Source of the DNA: Phoronis australis
Taxonomy: Eukaryota > Animalia > Phoronida
Assembly: GCA_002633005.1 (NCBI GenBank)
Contig: NMRA01000032.1
Span: 1,220,911-1,284,910 of the forward strand
DNA length: 64,000 nucleotides
Direction of reading: 5' to 3'
A program made the translations under genes and the position numbers. Positions 1 through 12,600 of this stretch are shown piece after piece. The notes beneath the pieces were generated by a model. That model was given only the letters and a program-made list of their open reading frames with translations. It searched no databases and was not told the DNA's origin. Numbering within the stretch: the first letter of the stretch is position 1; each line of letters begins with the position of its first letter.

Positions 1-586
1 TTCGGGACATATTCCGAACATAAATGATATTTCACTCCTTAAATATATTTATGTGAGAATATGGACTCGTCCCACTTATACCCCCATCTTTCGGACTGGT
101 CCATTAACCCCTTGTGTAGATTCGCATGCGGTCCTCTTGCACTCGAGGCACTAGGACATTCCATTTCCAGCCTCACTAATGCTTCGTTTGTGTTACTGCC
201 ACGAGTTAAGTCAGGTCCTGGCTCCCATAGGCTGATGATTGTCACGAGTCATAGGGCTCCTTTGTTTTCAGTAAAGTTATATTTCTTGCCATCAGTACTT
301 CGCTTTAGCAGCACTTAGGTTCAAGTCTAATCTCTCTTTATTTTTTCCCACTCTCTACCACCCTCTCTTTTGGGTGGTTTCTCTTACCTGCTTGCTGGCG
401 CTTTTTATTGCCCATCTTTCCAGAGATTATAATTTTATCTTTATGTTATTTGTACACTCATATTTCTGTATCTTATCAGTCATAATAAATGACCTTATAT
501 CGCCTATACTCGGTCTCCTTTGTATCTCTGGAAACGGAGCTTGCGACGCACCTATTATTTTCGGGACATATTCCGAACATAAATGT
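1..586. repeat. Short direct repeat (TTCGGGACATATTCCGAACATAAATG) about 560 bp apart; probably the end of a repeat or mobile element cut by the window edge
   Basis: The identical 26-mer occurs at 1-26 and 561-586. The left context is outside the window. Confidence 0.4.
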
Positions 587-1284
587 CAGTGGCAAGAGTG
601 ACCGTACATAGTTGAACCACAGGTTCCGAGGTAAGATTTTTCGTGCGTGGTAGGATTTTTGAAATGCGTGGTCAAGTTTCCGCCACCTGTGGCTTGTCTG
701 TGCAGCCCTTTTTACTTGTAGGCCTAATTTTGTTCAGAAAATGACAGCATGGGTTTGCGTTGGGTGGGACAGCTGAAATACCGAGAATGTTTTCATAAGT
801 AGCATTGAGAAAGGGACAAAGCGAAAGTTACGAAGGTCGCCATTATCGTATAACATTTCTTTTCTCAGAGTGTGATGGGATACAATTTCTGACATTATGC
901 CAGTAAAATATTCAGGAAGAAACAAGAAAACAGTAATTAGGTTGTTTAGGGATGTGTAGTCTTACTGCTCACGTTGAATACTGGAAAAATCTTGATAATT
1001 TAAATATTCAAAAATATTTTTGAAAAAATTTGGTCGCAAACGACGTAACTGTTTGTCTTTGATGTCATCGACTATGCCACGTTATTCGTTTATAATTCGT
1101 TGCTTGCCAACCGGCACGTCATATGATTGTTTCGCAATATGTTTTTGGATACCAGGCCTCACAACATCTTTGGCTGTCGAGCTAATAGGACGTGTCGGAG
1201 AGCCGCTCTTGGCCAGAGCTCTCCACTGCGCATGTCAAGACTGAACTAGGCGCACGTCATAAAGCATGTGACATCACTTATGCA

Positions 1285-3330
1285 CATCACAAGCGCTGCT
1301 ATGTAACTGTGACCTGACATCGGGATGTGACGTCAGCATTTCATTCCTCTTGTGAGCGATTGGTACGTTCTCAAGGGAAGGCCCGTTTGTAGGTCTTCCT
1401 GTCCTCAAACGTGGCGGTTTGAACAACTCAACATCACAGGAAGAAATGATGGAACAATGATGCTGCACGTGGCGCAGAACGTTGGCTTTGAAAGTACCAA
1501 CTATTCCTAAAGCGAGATGGGCACGCAGAGGGAGGTGTTTGAAGCGAACGTAGTCAACTTAGCCTACGTACACTGTAGCGTGTCACATCGACAGCAAATC
1601 CTTCGTATGCAACATGGCCGCGTTAAGGAAAAGAATTCGGTCCGAATCCCAGCCACTGTAGTCAAGGACTTGCCTCCTTCGTAAGCGAGATGGGGACGTA
1701 TCGAAGGGATCGAGCCTTTTCTGAGTTGTATATGACGCAACGCTGAGTTACCTAGAGCCTATCCCAGCGAACGCAGAACATCCGTGGGTAGAGTAGGACC
1801 GACAAGCGCCAGGCCATTACTCCTGTTGACCAGAACAGCTTCCTTCCAAAAAGGCTTACGTCATGAAGCAAATGGCATCACTGTATCACATATGGACATC
1901 ACAAGCCGGCTGCTGCGTAGGCCTAACTGTGACCTGACATCGGGATCTGACGTCTGCATTGTATTCCTCTTGTGAGCGATTGGCACGTTCTCAAGGGAAG
2001 GCCCGTTTGCAGGTTCTTGTCCTCAAACGTGGCGGTTTGAACTACTCAACATCACAGGAAGAAATGATGGAAGAATGATGCTGCACGTGGCGCAAAACGT
2101 AGACTTTGAGAGTACCAAGCATTCCTTAAGAGAGATGGTTACGCAATGAGAGGTGGTGTTTGAAGCGAACGTAGTCAATTTTGTAGTGTGTCATATCGAC
2201 AATATATGATACACGTACCAGACGTGTGCAGGCCTCGCATGTGGGCCCATTGCACTGATCACCTGGAAATATTTTTTATGCTTTATTGATATATGGTTAA
2301 AACCGAGCTGAGGAGCTAGAAACCTGGCTCAAGGGTTTAGCAGTGTGACGTGGTGGGAACTGAACCCACGACCTCGAGTAAAGAAAGCGGGCACTTATCA
2401 ACCAGGCCACACTGCCTCCTCAACATCACAGGAAGAAATGATGGAACAATGATGCTGCACGTGGCGCCTAACGTAGACTTTGAGAGTACCAAGCATTCCT
2501 AAGAGAGATGGGGACGCAATGAGAGGAGGTGTTTGAAGCGAACGTAGTCAATTTTGTAGTGTGTCATATCGACAGTATATCCTTTGTATGCGACATGGCC
2601 ATGCTACGGAAAGGAGCTCTGTCCGAATCCCAGCATGCAGTAGTGCCAAGGACATGCCTGTCCTTCGCAAGCGAGATGGGGACATATCGACGAAAGGCAG
2701 GCTTCTCTCAGGGGTATATGACGCAACACTGAGTTACCTAGAGCATATCCCGGCGAACGTAGAACATTCGTCGGTAGACTGGGACCGATAGGCACCATGC
2801 AATTAAGTTATGACTGTTTCACAAGAAGACTTTCTTCAAAAAAGTGCATGTCATAACTATGGACATCACAAGCGCTGGTACGTAACTGTGACTTGGCATC
2901 GGGATGCGACGTCGGAATTTTATTCCTCTTGTGAGCGATTGGCACGTTCTCAAGGGAAGGCCCGTTTGTAGGTTTCCTGTCCTCAAACGTGGCGGTTTGA
3001 ACTACTCAACATCACATGAAGAAATGATGGAACAATGATGCTGCACGTAGCGTCTAACGTTGGCTTTGAAAGTACCAAGCATTCCTAAAGCGAGATGGGC
3101 ACGCAATGAGGGGAGGTATTTGGAGCGAACGTTGTCAACTTACGTAGGTCTACAGTGTAGTGTGTCATATGGACAGCAAATCCTTCGTATGTGACATGAT
3201 CACGCTACGGAAGGGAATGCAGTCCGAATCCCAGCCAGTATTGTCAAGGACATGCCTCCTTCGTTAGCTAGGTGGGGACGTATCGAAGGGAGGCTTCTCT
3301 GTGGGGTACATGACGCAACGCTGTGTTACG
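1285..3330. repeat. Tandem repeat, unit about 610 bp, about 3 diverged copies
   Basis: The block CATCACAAGC...AACTGTGAC...TTCCTCTTGTGAGCGATTGG...CTCAAGGGAAGGCCCGTTTG restarts at 1285, 1897 and 2864. The second unit is lengthened by a SINE plus a 160-bp duplication. Confidence 0.85.
2208..2420 (-). mobile_element. tRNA-derived SINE, about 210 bp
   Basis: The minus strand reads AGGAGGCAGTGTGGCCTGGTTG (A-box-like)...GGTCGTGGGTTCAGTTCCC (B-box-like)...CTAGCTCCTCAGCT...CACGTCTGGTACGTGTATC. It is colinear with a second copy at 60871-61110. Confidence 0.8.
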
Positions 3331-5183
3331 TCGTAGGCTACAAGGATTATTTAGAAAAGTCCGGCAAGTTGTACCTTTCCAACAAAGCGAGATGCACACG
3401 CGTGAATCACGACCTGCATGGTGAACGCACAGGCAGTTGGCGTCATGGTGAACTGGTCATCTGAGCGAGATTGGCACGAAATGATGGAAACCAGGTCTCT
3501 CTATTCTAACATCCTCACATCATGACATATACCGATATCGATAGAATGCGACTGTCACCGCTGCTAACTAGTTTGATCATATGTATACCGAAATCCATGT
3601 TTGACATTGTTAACTTGTATATGTCACGTATCGATGCTGCAAATTCAATAAAACTTATATTCGATTTTATTTCCGTGAATTTCCATTCCATGTTAGAATG
3701 ATTTGAAAATTTCCCTGTCGAGAAAGTTGGCATAATCTTTCTGTAGTGAAGGAGTTTGCTTGTTTTTTACTTGGCTGCAAGAAATTTCTCTAAGGTCTCG
3801 CTTGGTCTGAAATCTGTTTTTACACAAGTAGGCAGGTCACATTTTTCATCCGATCGACGTAACATAAACACATGTGATATATGAGCGAAATCCGACTAAA
3901 AATAGCGCTGTGACAATCCGGCAACTTTTTTGTTCGCGGGCTCCGCTTTGGCAGATATGTTTCTATGAAACCGACAGCAGATAACAAATTTCGGACCCAT
4001 CCGATTACCGCAATGCCCCCTAGTGATAATTTTAGTTTTTATGTTTGCCTCTGTACCTTTGGAGTTAGGTGATGTATTTTCATGAAATTTAGCAACTATG
4101 TTTCTATGAAGGGGACGACGATGCCTATGCCATTTTTGAACAGATTTGAGATATTCTGTACTACTTGCTAGCAATTTAATATTTTGTTCAGTTTTTGCCG
4201 TCTGCCTCCCTATACCCCAAACTGCTCAAATGATCAAAATGAAAACTGGAAGATCATTGTGTACCTGAGAAGAATTCCATGCTGGGATGGCGTTGATTTT
4301 CGGACGGGTCTGACGCCTGTGGCATCCCCTAGTGGTGATTTTGTTTATTTGCGACCATGGTTGTAGCTCCTGATTTCTTTGCAGGATTTGCAGAAGTTTT
4401 CCTATAGATGTGACAATGGCTGCCCTCGGCTTTTTGGATGTCCCTGTGCCTCCAATTGGCAATTGTTTATCTTTGCCTCTATATCTTCAGAATTCCTCGA
4501 CGTTTTTCGAAATTTGGCAAACAAGTTTCTGTCATGAAGACGACTGCACTTTTCCAATGTGGGATGGTATCGACTTATTCTGCGCCATCTAATAGCCATT
4601 TTTAAAGATACTGAAACACACCACTAGAAGCACGCTGTTTTCATTGCATTCGTGGGTGCATTTCAATGCGACACAGAGCTGTTGATTGTATGTATGTATT
4701 TTACCGGTTGATATTTACAAGCCAAGTTTACCTAAAGGCATTGGGTTTCCCGAACATTGTTTTAACTTACGGAGCATTAACATACATCGTCATCCAAAAT
4801 TTCTCCCATCAGTCATCTGTCATGATACATCTGTCTTCTCGTTTGTCTGTGTACATGGTTATGAGACAAACCAAGTAAAATATAATCAAGTCTTGGAAGT
4901 GTGAAACGGAGCGCCCCCGTTTGGGAATTAGTCAGTTTCGCTAAATAGTGAACCAGTTTCCCAACGAAATATTCTAATAAACCAGGTGATGACATCGCTA
5001 TGAGTCTAACCCCGTCCCCCTTTCATAAAACGTCATCTTTTCCAAATACCCTCCCCCGAGTGACGACGTAATATCTTTATGGCTGTGTTGTCCACTGTGC
5101 AACATCATATTCTTGGATGATTGACGTCACCTACTCACTACATTAAGATACTAAACGTAGTAAACCAAGGTTTGAATTTATTG

Positions 5184-5210
5184 TTAAAGACACTGTTTCC
5201 TATTTTCGAG
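5184..5210 (+). mobile_element. Putative Kolobok DNA-transposon terminus (TTAA followed by AGACACTG...)
   Basis: TTAA at 5184-5187 is followed by AGACACTGTTTCC, about 320 bp downstream of the KolX-like stop codon. Kolobok elements have TTAA TSDs and RR-starting termini. I found no matching opposite terminus. Confidence 0.35.
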
Positions 5211-5507
5211 ACTTGTGTACAGCGAGATTATCAGAAAGTGAATTTGGTTGTCTCAAGGGTATTGTAGTCGGAAGTGTGTGTTACCTTCTCTTCAATCACC
5301 AAGCTTTTGACAGTTAGCCAGGTGTGATGGATAAAGAGGACTGAATGAAATAAAATAAACCTGTCTAACGTTCATACCTTGACACTATGTGGGATAGCAT
5401 ATACAGGTGTTCGTATTTAAAACAATTAGAAAATTATTATGAAGTAGTTCGTATTTCCAACGAATACAATGGAATGAACAACAATTCGTCTCACTTACAA
5501 CACATAA

Positions 5508-7639
5508 TCACAGATTTGGAAGTTTGAAACCTTGATAGTCGTCACTCTGAAATGTGCTTCTTATCTTGTTGACTGCGCAGGAGGGTAAGACCACTCGATT
5601 CGACTTTTCCACAAACCTGAAGCACCAAAATCCTAACTGCCAGTAGGCTAATAGTCGGTATTTTCTGAAAAAAATAAGTAGTATTAGAAGAAGACAGATC
5701 GATAAATTAGTCGAACCGTATTTATCAGTAGAAATATTGTCATAGAAACATTATTCTGAACATGCATGCGGGTCTCCGCGGTTTTCAATGACGTGAACGT
5801 ACTGTTATGATTGAGAAATTTGTCAACACAACTGTTTAGATGACCCCATCCACTTGAAAAGACCGCTGGTGTCTGCTTACTAAAACTAAATTTTTGAATT
5901 CTGAACAACTGCGTCCAACAAATTGCATCCCGCCACACGTTGTCAAGTTGGTTCCCTGTCAAGATGACTCTCCTGCGCATTCATTGGTATGTCATACGTG
6001 TAATCATGCGCTCACCCCAGCCTAAAATGGGGGGCTCGAATTTTAATTTGAGAATGTGGACCTATTACTAAGAGTCACAGGGTACGGTCAGAGCTATGAA
6101 TCGTGAATTCGCCGAATTTTTTGTTGTTTCTGCCTTTTTAGTGGACTTTTGTCTTGTTTTCTACTTTTTTCGGTGTTTTTGTTGCACTGAGGAGGACCTT
6201 TTTGCCCACTTCGCCAAATGGGAGGGGGGGTTGTTTGAGCAACCCGAGCCCCAACTGGATGCGCGCATGCTAATGATCAGGCTCGAAACAACCTGTCTTC
6301 CACATTGCGGGTGAGGACTTATCCTCGTCCTTACTCTTTGGTAACGCCTTTAACAGCTACATATCCAACAACACAAAACTTACTCATGCTGGGTCTCCTC
6401 TGTCAATTCTCCGTTCTGTTCACGGTAGGTCACGTATGCCGTTTCTAAGACCCAGGGGTTTAGGCAAACTTGAGCAAATCCAGGGTGCTCGGTAATACAG
6501 CCGACATTCATGCCCTCACATTTTTCTGCCATACGGCTCACTTCTCTGCAGCACAGACATTCCGTTGATGTCCGCATTGTATCACAAAAGCCGCAAATGC
6601 ACCTAAAATAACACAACGACTAACGTCACACACTTTCCTAAATAATTTAATGAACATTTCATGGGCATGAAATTAATTAGAGTCCGATGGAATACGCGAT
6701 TGCACGAAGAAGATTGCCGGACTTAATGATTTCGACCCCCTCACCCCGTTCAGCAGTAGCTCAAATGGATATCAAATCAAAATTGAAGTTCAATTCATTA
6801 ACTACTTACAACCTGGGAGTAATATACATTACAACCAAACTTTATCCCACTTTGCTTTCCATCCACGCAAACCCAGAAACGGAGGACGAAACCACAAATT
6901 TGGCAAGTAAAATGTTTATTTTACATCGGTACAGGAAAATAAAAAAAATAAGAAAAACATTAGCAAAAGTGCTAGTCACCGATAAAATATGATGAGTATA
7001 TACAAAGATGCAGCAGATGAGATGTACAATGAAACGTATACAATGACAATATCTTATTTCACTTCTCAACTAAAGACAAAATTATACATGCTGGTGCTCA
7101 AAACCCACCGAGAGTGGGGTTGATGAAGTAATATCCCACGAGACATTATTCCGCGGAATAATGTCGATTGGGATATTACTTCATCTATGCCAATCGAGGT
7201 ACGTTTTGTATTTACCCCATACGCATCAAATTCCTAAGTTTCTTTCATCATTTTAATACTATGATGTCTATGACGGAAAACATAATTACATGGCCATATT
7301 TCCCTTGACTGTATCATCGCGTATAGGATAAAGTCACATATTTTCGTTTAGGCATTTAAGCAATGCATTTGCCTAATATTCGTTCACAGACTCACGGCAT
7401 TGTTTTTGTTCTTTCACTTACCATGATGAAGCATGTGAAGTGGTGCGTTCATCGACTTCGGGATGTGTCGCTGTATTCCACTCTTCACCCGAAGCGCCAA
7501 CCGGCGCACTTGCAGCCACTGTTTCGAACCTATAGGGCTCAAGAACCCTTTCATGAAGGCCTTTGTTGTGAATATCTTCTGTGTCCGATGCTTTTTCGTC
7601 GTATTCGAGTAAGTTTTCCTCGTCGCTGGAAGATTCCAT
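5508..7639 (-). CDS. KolX / P2X7 intracellular (ballast) domain-like protein, 3 exons, 197 aa
   Basis: join complement(7422..7639, 6384..6602, 5508..5664). Both introns are GTAAGT...AG and phase-compatible, total 594 nt. Motifs: acidic N-terminus with EPYRFE, WCICGFC..M...ECLCCRE, CITEHPGF..VCLNPWVLETAY, KYR..AYWQ...WC.......RVVLPSCAVNKIRSTF....YQGF. Confidence 0.85.
7120..7185. repeat. Near-perfect palindrome (MITE-like hairpin) in intron 1 of the KolX-like gene
   Basis: GATGAAGTAATATCCCA-CGA-GACATTATTCC/GC/GGAATAATGTC-GAT-TGGGATATTACTTCATC. Confidence 0.75.
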
Positions 7640-8393
7640 GTTGTTCTCTTAGCTTGTGTGACCGCGGAGTATAACGAGCCTGTCACTCGCGTGTAGTCAT
7701 CAGCAATTACATAACGCACAATTGACTGGGATAAGATTAACTCCGTTGGGTTTTTTAATTAAAACCGGTCTGCTCAGACAATAAGTACCTTTTGCATGGG
7801 TTCATACACTGCTAAGCTTTGTGTTGAAAAGCAGTTGCTTTGGTGTCATATTAAATGTCTTTTACATTTTCTTTTGAAAGTTGATGTCAAACAGGTCAAG
7901 CACGAGGTCGTCATTTCCCAACCGCCAAGTTAAACGTCTTTCGCTGGCTGTGTTTCAACAGCTGCATTTCATTACTGGCTGCATTTGTCACTGGCTTCTT
8001 TTGTTTGGAGATTAGACAACAAAAGATGAATGTCAGTGATAAGGACAAGACATGTGGGGTGGTCTGATTTTCCACGGGCGCTTATCTGAATTATATAACC
8101 CCTCCTGCTGGAAATGTCTAGAGCATTTATTTCTCGCGTCGTTTCTAGAGTTATTCGAGATTTATACATAACCTGGAAATGCTCATCAGAGCGAACTTTA
8201 AAAAGTGGGCCGTTGACATGTCTTTCTTGCGATAATTCCCAGTTCAAGTCACGTATTGCCGGTAAAATATACGAGTTTGACAAGTAAAAAAGTTATCGTG
8301 CATTTCTGTGTTTTCTTATTTCTTTAGTTTTAGTTTGGTTTGGCATCCGGATGCCAACCTTGTAGAATTCCAGTAACACTAGGACCTACGCTG

Positions 8394-8490
8394 GGACCTC
8401 GCTAAAATCTAGCCAAAATCATGTGTTCTCATTTAAAATACTCTGCAGTATCTCACGTAATCTGGCAAAGTCGTGTTTTTAGCGAGGTCC
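8394..8490. repeat. Inverted repeat, probable MITE remnant
   Basis: GGACCTCGCTAAAA ... TTTTAGCGAGGTCC. Confidence 0.45.
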
Positions 8491-9346
8491 TAACGTATAG
8501 CGAACAGCTACCCCCGGCCCGTCGGTACTGAAAACAAGATTAGCCAATTTGAATTGCGACGTCACACTGAACTCGAAAAATATTCATTATTTGCAGGTGC
8601 ATTTTTTCGATTAAAAACCGTTTTGTACCATTTTGACGCTAATTACGAATCTGAAACGGTTGTTGTATTGTATACCGGTAACAAAGTCTTTTTTGCCGAC
8701 TTACCGTTCTCGAGATATTCGAAGTAACTCATCTGATGACTTTTATTGACGGATTCCTCATTGTTGCGCTTTTGTTGTTCTATCAGAAGCATGTTTTGTC
8801 CGATAGGCATGAAATTTACAAAATGCAGTTTCTCGTGAAAACCTCGACCTATCGTTTTTGTTGTTCCCCATCCAAATGAAGGTTCGGATTTTGCAAAACA
8901 GTGATAACTTCGACTAAGTTACTGAGTTCAAGTTCTTTTCATAAAATAATCCAAGAAATTATACTTTCTGTAACTAGAACATCCTGCACACAAGTGCCCT
9001 CTATGATCACTGCGAATTTGGATGAACACCTGTTTTTATAAGAGAAAGTTCAAGAGATTCGAATCTGTCATGTCCCACAGGACGATGCCGCTATATGAAA
9101 CCATACTTGTTTGTGAATGTTAAGTTAGCACTTTACTATTTATTTATTATTGTAATATTTACAATGAGGGTAGCCCCATCAATTCAAACTGCTTTCCATG
9201 GACGCCTATCACACTTATTCTACTGCATGTCACTTATTTCCCATATTAGTTTTGGGTTACTTTTTCACAAAAACATCAATAAACAAACATACTATAAACA
9301 ACCTGGCAAGTGTTCAACTTTTATTCCTCAATGGAATTATTACAAA

Positions 9347-9583
9347 CAGAGGCGGACGGATCTACAGGGGAGGGTTCAGGGGGTTCAACCCCCCCCCTCA
9401 GGACAGGATCAAAAATAAAAATTGAAGAAAAAAAATTCACCAGAAAAACGAAATCAGCTACTAAAAACCACAAAAAAATCTTACACAGGAGGGGGAAACG
9501 ACCTTCCATCCACTCGGCACTAAGCGCCTCGCATTTGCTCGAATCCTAAACCCCCCCTTACTGAAAATGTAGATCTGCCACTG
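9347..9583. mobile_element. Non-autonomous TIR element (MITE) of the CAG(T/A)GGCGGATC type
   Basis: Termini are CAGAGGCGG..ATCTACA and TGTAGATCTGCCACTG, with G/C runs inside and ACAAA on both flanks. Confidence 0.65.
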
Positions 9584-9630
9584 ACAAAATAAAAGGAACA
9601 TTTGCAGGATCAGAATAATGAACAAAATTT

Positions 9631-12600
9631 CCAGCCTCATGACTCTTAACTGTAAAATTTGTACCATCTATTGCTATACTGAAACAACTAATCTAAATGA
9701 TGACAGGAACACCTCAAAACTTTCACCTGTAATGGGTAAACGTCTCTGACAGCAGAATACCATTTCAACTCATAGTTTGCCACCTTGTGGCAGTTCCAAT
9801 ACCATCTGCAGGTTTAGGTTTTATTCTAAAAACAAGTGATAGTTACATGAAGACATGACATTAACATTACTGAAGAGTACATCCTTAACAATAGTGTAAC
9901 TGTACGCAAGTAATTCAACACTAGGCATTCTGGGAAATAAATAGAGTCGTCCAATATGAGTTTACTCAGAGTCTGGGTGCAATACAATTAACGTAGGCAA
10001 TGGAGGAGACTAAAGGGGGTCAACGTCTCCCCTGTTCATCGCAGCAGTCAATCTCAGATTGTCAATACATAGACTTACAATTTCACTTAGTCAATACATT
10101 ATGCTTGGTCCCCCTGTTGAATAGTTCTGGCTATGCCAGTGAGTACTGCCCTGACAAATTATCTTCATCCTGTCACATGACGGTCAAGGTCGCAATAACC
10201 TGAGTGCAGTGTCCTGGCTGGACCCCACAGAGATGTCAAAAAAGCCTCGATGATACCACAAAAATATCTGTTACGAAGTAATGATCATCTCACAATAACA
10301 TCACACGGATGTCACAATGATCTTGTGATGATCTCACAGACATAACGAGGACTTTGTGATCATGGCTCCCTCGTTCACTCATGAAAATCTGATGATGTCA
10401 CATCAACATAACCGGTCACGAAAATGTTAGTTGCAGTCCATGTACTTTCCCATTCAAACAGCCAATCACAACTAGTGGGTCGTCATGACTACCGCTGACA
10501 GTCACAGTGCTAACCCAGTCGTCCGTTTGATAACTCGCCATCTCCTGCAAATGAAGAGATATCTGTCAACACTTTGAAAAGTTCTGAATGCAAAGCACTT
10601 ATAACTTCAAAATATTTTGCGCATTGTTACAGTAATATCACCAGCCACAAATTGACTACAATCTAGCTGACATTACTTTCACCCCAATATTCTAGGGGAC
10701 CAGTTTGTCTCCCACAGTTGTCTTGAATGAAGGCATAACTTTCCTATTAGTCTACCTTACATGCGGTAACTATTTACCTTTCCCTTGTGGAGCACATAGA
10801 ATCCATTAAAATGGCCAGCACAGACTATCAGGTCTTCACACTCCGGGTTTGGCGCTCGCACTCTTGACAAACTAGTCAGTGTTGATCCCCTGCTCCAGTA
10901 TTCAGTGGAAAATATCTAAACAATAAGAAAGCAGTTGGAAAATTAATGCAAACACTATCAGCAAGGTCCACATAAACAATGATGGAATTTGAAACAGCTT
11001 AGTCATGAAAGGTCTATCTGATCACGTTCTGAGCAGGTAAATAGAGAGCTCACAATTTGACAACTAATTTATGTTGTTGCCTCACCTTGGTTCAATTGTT
11101 GTGAGGAAGGTAAAAATTCGTCAGATTGGAACACAGTATGGCAAACAGGTGAAATTTCATTTTGTCAAATTTCTCAACAGAAATGACTTTTCAGTAAAAT
11201 TTACATTGTTTTTAGAATGATTTGCTTGGTGTAGCTACTACTAAACAACATTTGGTTGAAGTTTTGAGAATTTGCAAAGATACTTCTGAAGAATAAAATA
11301 TGGCAACTGAAGCAATTATTTTTGTCCTACATTGAAGATTTTTTACCATAGTTCTAGGTAAAAGTTATTTTTGTCAAAATTCAATTCAAGATTAATACAC
11401 AGAGACACATCAGGTTGATCCATAGATCAAAAATATTACATAATTGATTCAGGGTATTTTTTACGATAAACTGGCACACACAGCCAACTGAAAATTTCTC
11501 AACAGCCATTTTATTTTAAGCAAATCATTTAAAAGAATACTCGAGGTATCTTATTTGCTTTGAATTTATTACACCAAAAAACAGAATAATCTACAACTGG
11601 ATTAAACTATGATTCAACATTTTTAATTCACAAACTGAAATGTTTTTACCTCAAAGTCCTGAAGAATGTATATGGCCCCAGTTTCACCTCCCAGAGCCAC
11701 CTGTTGGAAAGCACCGTTAACATCCTGAACTTGGTCCCTGGCAGAGTCAAACATAAAGTGTCCTGCACACATCTAAAAAGAGATAAATGACAATCATAAA
11801 GGCCAAAAAGCAATCTTTGTTTTTTTTNNNNNNNNNNNNNNNNNNNNNNNNNNNNNNNNNNNNNNNNNNNNNNNNNNNNNNNNNNNNNNNNNNNNNNNNN
11901 NNNNNNNNNNNNNNNNNNNNNNNNNNNNNNNNNNNNNNNNNNNNNNNNNNNNNNNNNNNNNNNNNNNNNNNNNNNNNNNNNNNNNNNNNNNNNNNNNNNN
12001 NNNNNNNNNNNNNNNNNNNNNNNNNNNNNNNNNNNNNNCAGCCTCATGACTCTTAACTGTAAAATTTGTACCATCTATTGCAATACTGAAACAACTAATC
12101 TAAATGATGACAGGAACACCTCAAAACTTTCACCTGTAAAGGGTAAACGTCTCTGACAGCAGAATACCATTTCAACTCATAGTGTGCCACCTTGTGGCAG
12201 TTCCAAAACCATCTGCAGGTTTAGGTTTTATTCTAAAAACAAGTGATAGTTACATGAAGACATGACATTAACATCATTACTGAAGAATACATCCTTAGCA
12301 ATAGTGTAACTGTACGCAAGTAAAGCAACACTAGGCATTCTGGGAAATAAATACAGAGTCATCCAATTTGAGTTTACTCAGAGTCTGGGTGCAATACAAT
12401 TGACGTAGACAATGGAGGAGACTAAAGGGGGGTCAACGTCTCCCCTGTTCATCGCAGCAGCCAAACTCAGATTGTCAATACATAGACTTAGAACTTCACT
12501 TAGTCAATACATCATGCTTGGTACCCCTGTTGAATACTTCTGACTATGACAGTGAGTACTGCCCTGACAAATTATCTTCATCCTGTCACATGACGGTCAA

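Noticed and set aside
2340-2420. tRNA gene candidates here, at 18110-18190 and at 60871-60945
   Set aside because: A/B-box-like motifs lack an intact cloverleaf and are followed by shared non-tRNA tails, so they are SINE heads.
3880-4620. Weak recurring motifs (TGTTTCTATGAA...) suggesting a degenerate repeat
   Set aside because: Too diverged to define a unit or boundaries by eye.
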